The notes: generated by a model from the letters alone, not told the origin. 64,000 nt of DNA from an uncultured Candidatus Peribacteria bacterium (GCA_964648045.1 CAZYNU010000002.1:6782-70781), one strand, 5' to 3'. Positions 53,651-63,353 are shown, numbered from the stretch's first letter. Program-made: numbers and translations.

Positions 53651-54032
53651 GCCGGAGCAGGCTCGACTTCCATTTGTCTGGCTCAAAAGCCGGCAACCGC
53701 TCGACCTGGCACGGAAAATCAGTCTCCGTCACGCCGGGCGGCAGGCCTTGATCGTATCCCAGCACAATCAGATCGGGTTGCACGTCGCGCACGGGTGCTA
53801 GGAAATCGCCGTCACCGGAACCTAGGCGAACCTGTGCCTCTGGAAAAGCGGCTTTAATCATGGCCGCTCGCTCCGCCTCGGAGTGATGTGGGGTCAAATT
53901 TTTCATGCGAGCTACCGTGGCGTCGCGCGCCACGACCACGTGCAGATCACCTCGCTTCTGTGCTTCAGTCAGCACAAAACGGTGCCCTGGGTGGAGCAGG
54001 TCGAAGGTGCCGAATACGAGGACGCGGGGCAT
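53637..54032 (-). CDS. cytidylyltransferase-like (HxGH) nucleotidyltransferase, ~130 aa
   Basis: VLVFGTFDLLHPGHRFVL. TATGAT (54041-54046, minus strand) lies 8 nt before the ATG. The 3' end overlaps rfbB by 14 nt in a convergent arrangement. Confidence 0.6.
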   Translation of the reverse strand: MPRVLVFGTFDLLHPGHRFVLTEAQKRGDLHVVVARDATVARMKNLTPHHSEAERAAMIKAAFPEAQVRLGSGDGDFLAPVRDVQPDLIVLGYDQGLPPGVTETDFPCQVERLPAFEPDKWKSSLLRLKPR

Positions 54033-54058
54033 GGAAGCGCATCATACGCCTGTTGGGC

Positions 54059-56002
54059 TCAGCGCGCCGTCAGGTCGATGATGTAGATTCGCTGGTCGTC
54101 CATCACGTAGAGGTGGCTGTCTTCTGGGTCCACGTACAGATCCTTCAGCGTGCCGACCTGCTCGCCTTCTAGCACATACTGCTTCACGTAGAGCGATTCG
54201 CCGTTGGCGCCGCCATCGGTGGTGACCAGGACTCGCTTGCCGACGGGGTCGAGGAAGTAGAAGTTGCCCTGCTTCACCACCTTCGTCACGTCGAGCATAG
54301 AGTCTTTCGGCAGTCGCAAAATCTTGAAGGGCTGCACCTCACCGCGGTAGTACTTGAGCACCGTGCCGCCGCGCTTGAGTACGTAGATATTGCCGTCGAT
54401 CGTCATGTCGATGGCGTCGGTTAGGTCACCGTTCACGTTGTACTGCACGGGGGCGGCGTAGCGGTTCGTCAAACGCTCATACTTCTCGATCTTCCGATTG
54501 GTGGAAGAGAGAATGTACAGGTTGCGCTGGTAGCTCTTGATGTCCTCGCCGCTCACCCAGCCATTGGGATCTTCGGTCTTCATGGTGGTGGCCTCGCCGG
54601 CGACCAATTCGACCACGGAGTTGTCCGTCGTTAGGAAGGCGACGGCGTCGTAGCGCGGGAAGGCGACGGCGTCGACGATGCTGCCACCCGTGCCGAGCGG
54701 TGACGGATTATCGACGGAATTAAGCAAAATGCGGTACACATCCCGACTGTCATACGCGAAGAACTCACCGTCATCCACACCCACCAAGCCATTGAGTGAA
54801 ACCGAACCGTTTTTGGCGGCGACGTTGGCGGCCACCCGCGGCGAGGGGATGCGAATGATGTTATTCAGTTCTTCGCGCTTGCTTTGGATGGTTTGCAACA
54901 GGTTTAGGGCCTCAGCGCGGTAGAGCCCGCTCTTGTTCACGATGATTTGATTGGCGCGCTCTTCGGCCTGCCGAAGGATGTCGTTGGCGTCATCGACCTT
55001 GCCGATAAGGCGGCGGTTCTCTGCCGTCTTGATGCTCTCATTAATCTGCGTGACGAGTTGTTGCAGGTCGCCTTCTGTCTTGCTGAGGGCGCTGAGTGTA
55101 AAGAGGTGAACCACCGCCCAAATGGCGACAAGGGCGGCCAACGCGCCGGCGAGCAACAGCAAGTGAGCGCGCTTCTTGCGCGTGGGGTGCGAGAGATCGG
55201 CCAGGAGTTGGTCGAACATGCCGCGCAAACGGCGCACGCGCACGGAAACGTCGATCTGAGGCAGCGACAGGCCAGCCGTCGTCTCTTTGAGCCAGGCCGC
55301 TGCCGCACCTGCCACCTCTGCCCCGCGACCGGCAGCAGCCTTGCCCCGGCGAACCGGGCGGACAGCGGGCAGATCGTCGTCTCCACCGCGGGTGTCGATC
55401 TCGATGAGTGCCAGGGCGGCACCTTCACCTTCGCCTTCCAGCGTGCCCGTTAGGGCCGTGAGTGCCGTCTGGCCGCCGCGAGCGGCAACTTTGCCAAGCT
55501 GCGCGGGCGTGAGCGTGCGCAGCAGGCGCTGTGTCGACAGAATGACGACGTCCTTAGGCTCCAGGTTGCCACTGGCGATATGAACGAAGGCAGGCGTGGG
55601 CTTGCCGCCCGTGTATTCGGTGACTTGGCTGGCCGAACCCTTGCGAACGAGGTAGCCCTCGCTGCGGCCGGCATGCGAGACGTGCAGGGTGCCGTCCTCC
55701 TCGCAAATGGCGAGCAGCAAGTGCACGTCGTGCAAGCGCGCGCCGACGAGCAATCCTTTCAGTAAGCCGTTGAGTTCCTTTAGGGCGCCGTCGAGACGCG
55801 TGGCGGCATCGCCTTCGGTTGCCACCAAAGCGCTGTGGATTGTCTCCAGGCAGCTGTGCTCCATCGCGCGAGCGCTCTCGGCATCGCCATGTGCTTCCAA
55901 AAGAAAAACGATGCGTTCGCCGCCGGCGCTTTCCAGCGCATGCGGGACAATCAGGCTTCCGGAGTGCGCCCGGGTCTGGCCGGTGCGTACGATCACGTCC
56001 AT
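54059..56002 (-). CDS. hypothetical single-pass membrane protein (647 aa): cytoplasmic N-domain, TM segment, beta-rich C-terminal ectodomain
   Basis: The TM segment is LLLLAGALAALVAIWAVVHLF. The C-terminal half has repeated beta-strand-like segments (propeller-like). No catalytic motif recognised. Confidence 0.55.
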   Translation of the reverse strand: MDVIVRTGQTRAHSGSLIVPHALESAGGERIVFLLEAHGDAESARAMEHSCLETIHSALVATEGDAATRLDGALKELNGLLKGLLVGARLHDVHLLLAICEEDGTLHVSHAGRSEGYLVRKGSASQVTEYTGGKPTPAFVHIASGNLEPKDVVILSTQRLLRTLTPAQLGKVAARGGQTALTALTGTLEGEGEGAALALIEIDTRGGDDDLPAVRPVRRGKAAAGRGAEVAGAAAAWLKETTAGLSLPQIDVSVRVRRLRGMFDQLLADLSHPTRKKRAHLLLLAGALAALVAIWAVVHLFTLSALSKTEGDLQQLVTQINESIKTAENRRLIGKVDDANDILRQAEERANQIIVNKSGLYRAEALNLLQTIQSKREELNNIIRIPSPRVAANVAAKNGSVSLNGLVGVDDGEFFAYDSRDVYRILLNSVDNPSPLGTGGSIVDAVAFPRYDAVAFLTTDNSVVELVAGEATTMKTEDPNGWVSGEDIKSYQRNLYILSSTNRKIEKYERLTNRYAAPVQYNVNGDLTDAIDMTIDGNIYVLKRGGTVLKYYRGEVQPFKILRLPKDSMLDVTKVVKQGNFYFLDPVGKRVLVTTDGGANGESLYVKQYVLEGEQVGTLKDLYVDPEDSHLYVMDDQRIYIIDLTAR

Positions 56003-56274
56003 ACGGTGAGTCAGGCTACTATGGAGCGCTGCACAACATCAATACGATCAGACCCCGCTCCGCGCGCTTGTCCGCAGCATCATGTCGGCATTTTTCATGA
56101 ACCTCCGAATGGTATTTTGACCTAGTATACAAAAAAACAAACGAATTTTTTGTTTAATTTAAGCCAATAAAACAATGTCACGACAAATAAACCTTCCCAA
56201 ATTTGACAGGCAGGAGTACAGTGAACCTATCACGACGTTCTTCTTACTACGTCGTATTCATCCCAAACACGTTC

Positions 56275-58251
56275 ATGAAAACGGTGAAAGAGTGGATGCA
56301 GCGCAAATTCAACGCTGCCCCCGGAGAGGAACAGCCTCTCGCAACCTTCGGCGCGCCCGACGCGCCCTTTACGCCCGAGCCCGTTGGGCCGGTGTCGCCT
56401 CCATCTCAGCCGGCCCAGCGCCCGCAGGGGCAGGGGTTTGGCGGACGTCAGCAGCAAGGTCAGGGCCGCAACGGCCAAGGTCGCAATCAACAAGGCCGCC
56501 AGTCGCACCAACAACGCGGTCGCGGTCCCGGCCAGCAGCAAGCCGTCCAGCCGGTGGTGCAGGGCGCCCCCACGCCCGATGGCCGCAAGGTGCCGCTGCG
56601 TTTCTACCCGCTTGGAGGTTTCGAGCAGGTGGGTCGCAACTGCTGCGTCATCGAGGTAGATGGCGACATCTACATCGTCGACATCGGCGTGCAGTTCCCC
56701 GATGAAGACATGCTCGGCATCGATTATCTCATTCCCGATGTCTCCTGTCTGAAGGGGCGCGAGAATCGCATTAAGGGCGTCTTCTTCACGCACGCGCACT
56801 TCGACCACGTAGGCGCCGCGCAGCACATCCTGCCGATTCTGCACTATCCGCAGTGCTACGGCACCAAGTTGACCCTGGCGATGATGAAAAAGAAGCTCGA
56901 CGAGGAGCATATGACCAGCAAGGTTCGCATGAATACCGTCAAAGACGGCGACCGCATTCGCGTCGGCAAAGTGGAAGTGGAGTTTGTGCGCGTGACGCAC
57001 TCCATTCCGGATTGCGTGGCCATCGCCTTCCACACGCCGTACGGCACCATCCTTCATACCGGCGACTTTAAGATTGATCTCCAGCCGCTCTACGAGCCGC
57101 CCATGGATTTTCAGCGCTTTGCGGCCATGGGTAAGCAGGGTGTTCTCGCCATCATTGCCGACTCCACAAACGCGCAGAAGCCCGGCTATTCGCCGAGTGA
57201 GCGCGAGATCGCGGCGTCGTTGCGCGATTCCATCGTGCAGGCCAAGGGCCGCGTGATCATCTCGACCTTCTCGTCGCTCATTACCCGCGTGCAGCAGATC
57301 ATCGATGTGGCGAAGGAGATGAATCGCAAGATTTACCTCTCTGGTCGCAGCATGGAGGAGAACATCGAGATCGCGATGAATCTTGGCTACCTCAAGGCTC
57401 CCCGCGGCATGGTCCGCAAGGCTGGTCCGGGCATGGATAAAATCCCGGCCAACGAGGTGATCATTATTACAACCGGTGCTCAAGGTCAGGAAAACGCCGG
57501 CCTTGCCCGCATGGGACTGGGCACCCATCGTCATATCGCCGTGCAGAAGGGTGATACCGTCATTCTCAGCTCGTCGACGATCGTCGGTAATGAGCGCGCG
57601 GTTGCCAAGGTGGTGAATAACCTGCACGAGAAAGGCGCGCGCGTTCTGCGCAACACCGAACTGGCGCTGCACGTGACGGGCCACGGCTACGCCGGCGACT
57701 TGATGCTCATGCACCAGCTTGTGCGTGCCAAGCACATCATCCCCGAGCACGGCGAGCCCATGATGACGTCGGCCCACGCCGACATCGCCCGCGCCATCGG
57801 CTACCAGGAGAACCAAGTCCACCTGCTCGCCAACGGCGAGATTCTGGAGTTCGACGCCGACGGCAGCGCCCGCAAGAGCAAGCAAAAGCTGGCCTTCAAA
57901 GACGTGATCGTCGACGGCAAGAGCGGCGGCGAAGGCGAGCGCACGCTTACCGACCGCAAAGTGATGAGCAACGCCGGCGCCGTGGTGCTGGTGCTCAAGG
58001 CCTACGCCGAGAGCATGCGCCTGGTGGGCGACCCCGACGTTCTCTCACGCGGCCTTCTCTACGGCAGTGAGCAGCAGGACATCACCCGCGAGATTATCCA
58101 GACGGCCAAGAAGGCCTACGAGGACGAACTGAACCGCGGCAGTAAGGACCGTAAGGAGCTGAAGCGAGCCGTTACCGGCGCCCTCTACCGTTACTTCGAC
58201 CGTAAGCTGGATCGCGAGCCGATGGTTATCCCCATCGTCGTCGAGGTCTAA
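56275..58251 (+). CDS. rnj: ribonuclease J (MBL/beta-CASP) with an N-terminal Q/G/R-rich low-complexity extension
   Basis: FYPLGGFEQVGRNCCVIEVDGDIYIVDIG and FFTHAHFDHVGA. The extension reads ...QRPQGQGFGGRQQQGQGRNGQGRNQQGRQSHQQRGRGPGQQQ.... The start is uncertain (ATG 56275 or 56296). Confidence 0.85.
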   Translation: MKTVKEWMQRKFNAAPGEEQPLATFGAPDAPFTPEPVGPVSPPSQPAQRPQGQGFGGRQQQGQGRNGQGRNQQGRQSHQQRGRGPGQQQAVQPVVQGAPTPDGRKVPLRFYPLGGFEQVGRNCCVIEVDGDIYIVDIGVQFPDEDMLGIDYLIPDVSCLKGRENRIKGVFFTHAHFDHVGAAQHILPILHYPQCYGTKLTLAMMKKKLDEEHMTSKVRMNTVKDGDRIRVGKVEVEFVRVTHSIPDCVAIAFHTPYGTILHTGDFKIDLQPLYEPPMDFQRFAAMGKQGVLAIIADSTNAQKPGYSPSEREIAASLRDSIVQAKGRVIISTFSSLITRVQQIIDVAKEMNRKIYLSGRSMEENIEIAMNLGYLKAPRGMVRKAGPGMDKIPANEVIIITTGAQGQENAGLARMGLGTHRHIAVQKGDTVILSSSTIVGNERAVAKVVNNLHEKGARVLRNTELALHVTGHGYAGDLMLMHQLVRAKHIIPEHGEPMMTSAHADIARAIGYQENQVHLLANGEILEFDADGSARKSKQKLAFKDVIVDGKSGGEGERTLTDRKVMSNAGAVVLVLKAYAESMRLVGDPDVLSRGLLYGSEQQDITREIIQTAKKAYEDELNRGSKDRKELKRAVTGALYRYFDRKLDREPMVIPIVVEV

Positions 58252-58328
58252 AGCCAGATCGAGAACACGTTACTTTTTGAGATCGAAACAACCCCTACGT
58301 TTTTCGATACCAACATCCAAGCTTTCCC

Positions 58329-59117
58329 ATGAACCCGATACTCCCCGCACACCATCGTTCGCGCCGCCACGTTTCCCCCCAAAAACTCGTCCGCACCACG
58401 TCCGTGGCCAGGGGCAATTACGCCTTCATCGACGCGCAGAACATCCACCGCGGCACCCGCGCCGCCGGCTGGCTCCTCAACTGGGCTCAGTTGCGGGAAT
58501 ACCTGCGCACCGAGCAGCGCGTCACCAAGGCCTTCCTCTTCATCGGCTTCCTTGAGGGCCAGGAGCCGCTCTACGCCTCGCTCAAGATGGCCGGCTACGA
58601 GCTGGTCTTCAAGCCCACCGTCAAGCACACCGTCGGCGGCAAGACCGTCATCAAGGGCAATGTCGACACCGACCTGGTGCTGAAGGCAATGACCGAGTGG
58701 AACCAATTCGACCAGGCCATCCTGCTCTCGGGCGACGGCGACTTCCTGTCGCTGCTCACGCACCTGTCGCAGGCCGGCAAGCTGAAGTCGGTCGTCGTCT
58801 CGGACGCGCGTTCGGCCAGCAAGCTGCTCGCGCCGTTCCGCGCTTCCACTGTCTCGCTCGACTCGCTGCGCGCCCGTCTCTCGACGATGCCCGCCGCACA
58901 GATACGTCGGCAGCAGTCTCGCGCCGCCGCCGCGGCACAGCCGACGGCCCCGGTCCGGCAGAAGCGGGCTCCCCAGAGCCGGCCTCGCCTCGCTGCCGCC
59001 CCCAAGGCCCAACCGGCCCCGCAACCCCAGGCCAAAACTCGTCGAAAGAGGCAATTTAGAGCCAAGAAAATGCCCCAACGGCACGACTGGGAATCTCGCC
59101 TGGAGTCCTTGCTTTAA
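58329..59117 (+). CDS. NYN/LabA-like (PIN-like) domain protein with a basic low-complexity tail
   Basis: NYAFIDAQNIHRG, KGNVDTDLVLKAM and AILLSGDGDFLSLL. The C-terminal ~90 aa are A/P/Q/R/K-rich. Confidence 0.7.
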   Translation: MNPILPAHHRSRRHVSPQKLVRTTSVARGNYAFIDAQNIHRGTRAAGWLLNWAQLREYLRTEQRVTKAFLFIGFLEGQEPLYASLKMAGYELVFKPTVKHTVGGKTVIKGNVDTDLVLKAMTEWNQFDQAILLSGDGDFLSLLTHLSQAGKLKSVVVSDARSASKLLAPFRASTVSLDSLRARLSTMPAAQIRRQQSRAAAAAQPTAPVRQKRAPQSRPRLAAAPKAQPAPQPQAKTRRKRQFRAKKMPQRHDWESRLESLL

Positions 59118-59193
59118 TTAATTAATTATTGTTTAATATCATAAGTGCCGCGGATCCCCCGTGGCCTGACCTTTCAACCCGCAGGAGACAGAA

Positions 59194-59898
59194 ATGATCA
59201 CCGACCCGAACTGGCGTCTCGAGGACGCCCTCTATCAGACCAACTACATGCCGATGTTCACGGCGTTCCAGATCACGCCGAGGGCCGCCGCTGTCGAGTT
59301 GCCCCGCCTGGACGCGATAGTGGACGCCATCACCAACGCCCGCGAAGGGCACTGGCAGGACGCCCTCCAGCGCGCCTTGGAGGAGCGTAACGCCTACGCC
59401 CGCTTCTCCAGGCAGCCCGAGCGCTGCGTGGAACCGAGCTGGCTGCCCCCGGCCCCTGAGACCCAGCTCTTCTCGATTGTCCGCTGCTCGGGCGAGCTGG
59501 TGCCGATGATGGTGACCCCGTCCCGTCCGCTGAAGGTCGCCGTCGCCGATGACCAGAACATCGTCCTGATCATGTTCGGGTTTATCCTGAACAAGTGGCC
59601 CGGGCTGACGGTCCAGATGATCCACCAGCAGGCCGGGGCGATGGTGCTGCTCGACCCGGATGTCGATATCGTGTTGCTCGATGAGCATATGGAGGGTCGC
59701 TCGGGGACGGCCGTCTACAACTACTACCACGACCAGAGCCACCCGGGCGTCTTCGCTTCCATCAGCACGACTGGGAATAAGCCTCGCTGGGCCGCCCGCC
59801 AGTACGCCGACAAAACGACGATTTCCGGCAACCGCGGCTCGGCGGAAGGCTTCGTCCGCTTCATGAACGACCTGATCGCGGACGCCCTGGCCCGTTGA
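59194..59898 (+). CDS. hypothetical protein with a C-terminal receiver-like (CheY-like) domain
   Basis: GGAGA Shine-Dalgarno. KVAVADDQNIVLIMFGFIL...DIVLLDEHMEGRSG resembles REC beta1 to beta3. The N-terminal ~110 aa are unassigned. Confidence 0.45.
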   Translation: MITDPNWRLEDALYQTNYMPMFTAFQITPRAAAVELPRLDAIVDAITNAREGHWQDALQRALEERNAYARFSRQPERCVEPSWLPPAPETQLFSIVRCSGELVPMMVTPSRPLKVAVADDQNIVLIMFGFILNKWPGLTVQMIHQQAGAMVLLDPDVDIVLLDEHMEGRSGTAVYNYYHDQSHPGVFASISTTGNKPRWAARQYADKTTISGNRGSAEGFVRFMNDLIADALAR

Positions 59899-59923
59899 TC
59901 CCCCTATTGTCTCCTGCCCCTCC

Positions 59924-59957
59924 GCCCTTCCCGCCTCGCCGGGAAGGGCCTTTTTTT
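59924..59957 (+). terminator. intrinsic terminator after the 59194-59898 gene
   Basis: GCCCTTCCC-(8 nt)-GGGAAGGGC followed by CTTTTTTT. Confidence 0.85.
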
Positions 59958-59972
59958 GTGTACACTGGCGCC

Positions 59973-61424
59973 GTGTCCACCAAGCAGATCGCCAGTTCCA
60001 CCCTGTGGCAGCTCGCCAGCCAGTTGGCGATGGCGGCCATCAGCGTGGTGACTGTGAAGCTGGTGGCGACGGGACTCAGCCAAAACCTGGCCGGCTTTTA
60101 TAACTCCGCCTACGGCTACCTGCAGATCTTCGGCATCATCGCCGACTTCGGGCTCTATGCTGTGGCCGTGCGCGAGGTGGCCCGGGCCGACGACAAGCGC
60201 GGAGTGGTGGGTGCGGTGATCGTGCTCCGCTGCCTGATCACGGCGGTGAGCTTTGTCCTGGCCGTGGCCATAGCCTGGGTGATCCCGGCCTGGCACGGCA
60301 CGCCGTTGCCACTGGCCGTGACGCTCTGCGCCTTTGTGCCGGTATTCACATTGTTGGCGGGGACGCTCAGGGTGATCTTCCAAGTGCACTACCGCCTGCA
60401 GTGGGTGTTCATTGCCGAGGTGACGCAGCGCATCGTGGCGGTGGCGCTTATTGGCGTAGTTGTCCTCTTAGGTGCGCGTGACAGTGACGATCCCACGACG
60501 CTCTACTGGTTTATCGCGGCCGGTGGCATTGGCGCAGCGGTGCTGCTGCTCTTCTCTGTTGTTGGCAGTCGTCGCATCCTGAAGCCCTCGCTTACGTGGG
60601 ACCCGGCGCTATTCAAGCACCTGTTCACGTTGGCGCTGCCGTTTGGCTTGGCTTTCCTCTGCACCACCGCCTACCGCCAATCGGACGTGACGCTCATTTC
60701 ACTGCTGCGGCCCGACTTTGCGCTGCAGAACGCCACCTACGGCTTTGTGCAGCGCGTAATGGATATGACCTACATCATCCCGACGTTCCTGCTCAACTCC
60801 ACGCTGCCGATCTTAAGCGACCGGGTGGACAAGGGGGCCGACACACGCGACTTCTTAGGGAAGATCCTGCTCATCGTGCTGCTGCTTTCGGCCACTGTGG
60901 CACTCACGGGTTCGCTCTGGGCACGGCCGATCATGGGCCTGCTCACGACCGAGCGCTACCTGAGCACGCCGCTTGCCCCCGGCGCCGACACGGCGTTGCA
61001 ATGGCTAGGCGTGACCATGCTCATGAACGGGCTCGTGGTTTATGCCTTCTATCTTCTATTAGCTCGTCACCGTTGGCGTGCGCTGGTGGCGATGCTCGCG
61101 GTTGCGGCAGCTGTGTCGGTGGGATTAAATCTGTGGCTGATTCCGACCCATGGATTCGTAGGGGCGGCGCAAACGTCGGCTTTGGTGCATACCCTCCTGG
61201 CGGCCGCGCTTATTGCTTATGCCACACGATTGCTGCCCGCGCGCCTGCCCCTCCACGCGGCCGTTCGTTGGTTGGCCTATGTGGCGTTCTTGGCGATTGC
61301 CTTGCTGTTCATCGCTCCTTGGCTCACCTCCGACCTGCGTACGGTTATGGCTCTTGCCTTCATTGTTGGGTGGATTGGCCTGATTGCGTGGGGGACGGGA
61401 TTAGTGCGGTTGCTTCGCGGGTGA
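59973..61424 (+). CDS. MOP-superfamily polysaccharide/oligosaccharide flippase (Wzx/MurJ-like)
   Basis: About 12-14 TM segments. N-terminus STKQIASSTLWQLASQLAMAAISVVTVKLVATGLS. The GTG start at 59973 follows the terminator, with TACACT (59961-59966) 6 nt upstream. Confidence 0.7.
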   Translation: MSTKQIASSTLWQLASQLAMAAISVVTVKLVATGLSQNLAGFYNSAYGYLQIFGIIADFGLYAVAVREVARADDKRGVVGAVIVLRCLITAVSFVLAVAIAWVIPAWHGTPLPLAVTLCAFVPVFTLLAGTLRVIFQVHYRLQWVFIAEVTQRIVAVALIGVVVLLGARDSDDPTTLYWFIAAGGIGAAVLLLFSVVGSRRILKPSLTWDPALFKHLFTLALPFGLAFLCTTAYRQSDVTLISLLRPDFALQNATYGFVQRVMDMTYIIPTFLLNSTLPILSDRVDKGADTRDFLGKILLIVLLLSATVALTGSLWARPIMGLLTTERYLSTPLAPGADTALQWLGVTMLMNGLVVYAFYLLLARHRWRALVAMLAVAAAVSVGLNLWLIPTHGFVGAAQTSALVHTLLAAALIAYATRLLPARLPLHAAVRWLAYVAFLAIALLFIAPWLTSDLRTVMALAFIVGWIGLIAWGTGLVRLLRG

Positions 61425-61493
61425 TCGGCTACAATTGTTTCGCGAACCTTCGTGCAGTGCAGAAGAGATCTTTCTGTCTTCATCAGGACACCA

Positions 61494-61568
61494 GCCGCCT
61501 TAGCTCAGTGGTAGAGCAACGCACTTGTAATGCGTGGGTCGCGAGTTCGACTCTCGCAGGCGGCTCCA
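61494..61568 (+). tRNA. tRNA-Thr (anticodon UGU), CCA encoded
   Basis: Acceptor GCCGCCT/AGGCGGC. Anticodon stem-loop ACGCA-CTTGTAA-TGCGT. T arm GCGAG-TTCGACT-CTCGC. Length 75 nt. Confidence 0.9.
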
Positions 61569-61640
61569 TACAGCCCTTAAACCGATACTCTTAAACCCCC
61601 TTGTCTCACTTCCTATGAGGCGCTTTCATGCTCGTCCCCT

Positions 61641-62207
61641 ATGCTCGAGATTGAAACGAAATTCCTGGCGGTAGATACCGAGGCCGTGTTGGCTGGGCTC
61701 GAACGTTTGCAGGCTGAGAAGCTCTACGACGGCCTAGTGCAAACGCGCTACTACGACACCCCCGAGCGGACGATCCGCTGCCAGGAGAAGTCGTTCCGCC
61801 TGCGCCTCAAGGAGGCCACGGGCGATGTGCGCCTGACCTCCAAGCGCAAGCTCAGCAGCGACGTGGTGCGCATCTGCGAAGAGCACGAGGTGGCCATCGG
61901 CAACGGCAATGGCGCCACAGGTCGGGCGCGCTTCGAGGAGATGCACATGCTGCTGGCGGCGGTGAACTTTGCGCCGTACCGCAGCTACGAAAAGCGCCGT
62001 GTCACGCATGGCATTGGTGATACGCGGTTCGAGCTCGACACCATCCTCTCGGTCGATGGTCGGCCGGTGCAGATCCCGACATTCCTAGAAGTGGAATCGT
62101 CGAGTCCTGATGCTGTTCTCCACTACGCCAGCTTGCTTGGATTTACCAAAGAGCAGGCGCAGCCGCTCTCCACACGGGCCGTCTTCAAGCGCTACAGAGC
62201 GACGTGA
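61641..62207 (+). CDS. CYTH-domain protein (triphosphate tunnel metalloenzyme / class IV adenylate cyclase-like)
   Basis: N-terminal ExExK signature MLEIETKFL, followed by RLRLKE... beta strands. Confidence 0.65.
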   Translation: MLEIETKFLAVDTEAVLAGLERLQAEKLYDGLVQTRYYDTPERTIRCQEKSFRLRLKEATGDVRLTSKRKLSSDVVRICEEHEVAIGNGNGATGRARFEEMHMLLAAVNFAPYRSYEKRRVTHGIGDTRFELDTILSVDGRPVQIPTFLEVESSSPDAVLHYASLLGFTKEQAQPLSTRAVFKRYRAT

Positions 62208-63351
62208 TGCGGGCCATGCGCTCGCGCCACGAGAGTTGCGCAACGCGTGCCCTGGCAGCGGTGGCACGGGCAGCGGAACCCGCCGGATCCGCCAAGGCGG
62301 CACTGAGGGCGCGGGCCAGATCGGCGCTGTCTCCCGGCGCGCAGAAGCGCGTGTCGTCTTCGCCGAGCAGGTCGCGCACCGGCGGCAGATCGGCGCTGAC
62401 GGTGGGCAGGCCGGCGGCCATGTATTCCAGCAATTTCAACGGCGAGGTATCGCGGTAAAAAAACGGATCCGGGCTTTTGGGTGCGGGATATACGCCCAAG
62501 TCGGCCGCGGCCATGGCGGCAGGAACGTCGGCCGAGCGAACCGGTCCTTCGAATCGGATCGTTTCGGCACCGAGGCCGTGCGACGAGGCCAGCGTCTGCA
62601 GCCGCTGCACTTCGCCTGCCGGTCCTCCGACGATCCAGAGGAAGAAGCGCTCGTTACGGCTTTTGAGTAGGGCGGCCGCTTCGATGCATTCTTCCACGCC
62701 TTTAGGCAGATCGTGGCCACTCTTAAGTGAGCCGACGTAGGCGATAATCGGGCGGTCGTTTGGCAATTGCCAGCGCGCCTTGGCAGCGTCCTTGGTGGGC
62801 AGAGTGGTAAAAGCTTGCAGATCCACGCCATCGGGCTCAACGACGATACGCTCCGCCGGTACGCCCCGAGCCACCAGGGCATCGCGCATGGGCGTGGTGA
62901 GCGCTACGACCGCGCGGCAGCGCCAGGCCACCGGCAGGAAGCCCCAACTCAGTCGACCGGGGACGGTGTGCAATTCCAGTACGGCCGGGACGCCGGCAGC
63001 CAGGGCGGGCGACAGTACGGCGGCGCTGCGGGCGTACGCCAGCTCTGGTCGATGCTGTTCAATGTGACGGCGCACGGCACGGCGGTATGAGGCCCAGGTG
63101 ACGTGCACGGCCAAGGGGCCGGGCACGAGCGGGCTCTGGAGCGCATCGAAGGCGGGGAGCTTCGTTACGCGGAAGCCGCCGGCGTTGCGATAGTGCTGCT
63201 CAACTCCTCCTGGCAAAACGCCGGACACGTCGGGGCAGACGAGCTCCACGTCGTGGCCGTTTTGGACCAGTGCGGTACAGACCTGCGCGATTTGATGGGC
63301 ATAGGCCTTTTCGCTCGGAAAGCGTGCGTGGCAGATGTAGAGAATGCGCAT
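62185..63351 (-). CDS. glycosyltransferase family 4
   Basis: MRILYICHARFPSEKAYAHQIAQV... and ...GVYPAPKSPDPFFYRDTSPLKLLEYMAAGLPTVSAD. The start is the ATG at 63351. The 3' end overlaps the CYTH gene by 23 nt. Confidence 0.75.
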   Translation of the reverse strand: MRILYICHARFPSEKAYAHQIAQVCTALVQNGHDVELVCPDVSGVLPGGVEQHYRNAGGFRVTKLPAFDALQSPLVPGPLAVHVTWASYRRAVRRHIEQHRPELAYARSAAVLSPALAAGVPAVLELHTVPGRLSWGFLPVAWRCRAVVALTTPMRDALVARGVPAERIVVEPDGVDLQAFTTLPTKDAAKARWQLPNDRPIIAYVGSLKSGHDLPKGVEECIEAAALLKSRNERFFLWIVGGPAGEVQRLQTLASSHGLGAETIRFEGPVRSADVPAAMAAADLGVYPAPKSPDPFFYRDTSPLKLLEYMAAGLPTVSADLPPVRDLLGEDDTRFCAPGDSADLARALSAALADPAGSAARATAARARVAQLSWRERMARITSLCSA

Positions 63352-63353
63352 GG

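Noticed and set aside
56230-57885. 551-aa ORF on the minus strand
   Set aside because: It lies entirely antisense to the clearly recognisable RNase J gene. Long stop-free antisense frames are expected in GC-rich DNA, and its translation is low-complexity (A/G/L/R/V-rich) with no motifs.
59118-59140. (TTAA)n-like run TTAATTAATTAATTATTG after the NYN gene
   Set aside because: It is too short for a mobile-element end or a meaningful microsatellite. It is most simply an AT-rich promoter region that is stop-rich in all frames, lying upstream of the 59194 gene (TAATAT -10 candidate).
62185-62207. 23-nt convergent overlap of the CYTH and GT4 genes; also 53637-53650 and the zero-spacer pairs at 2977/2978 and 50722/50723
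   Set aside because: These are consistent with the general compaction of this genome. Nothing suggests recoding or antisense regulation beyond that.
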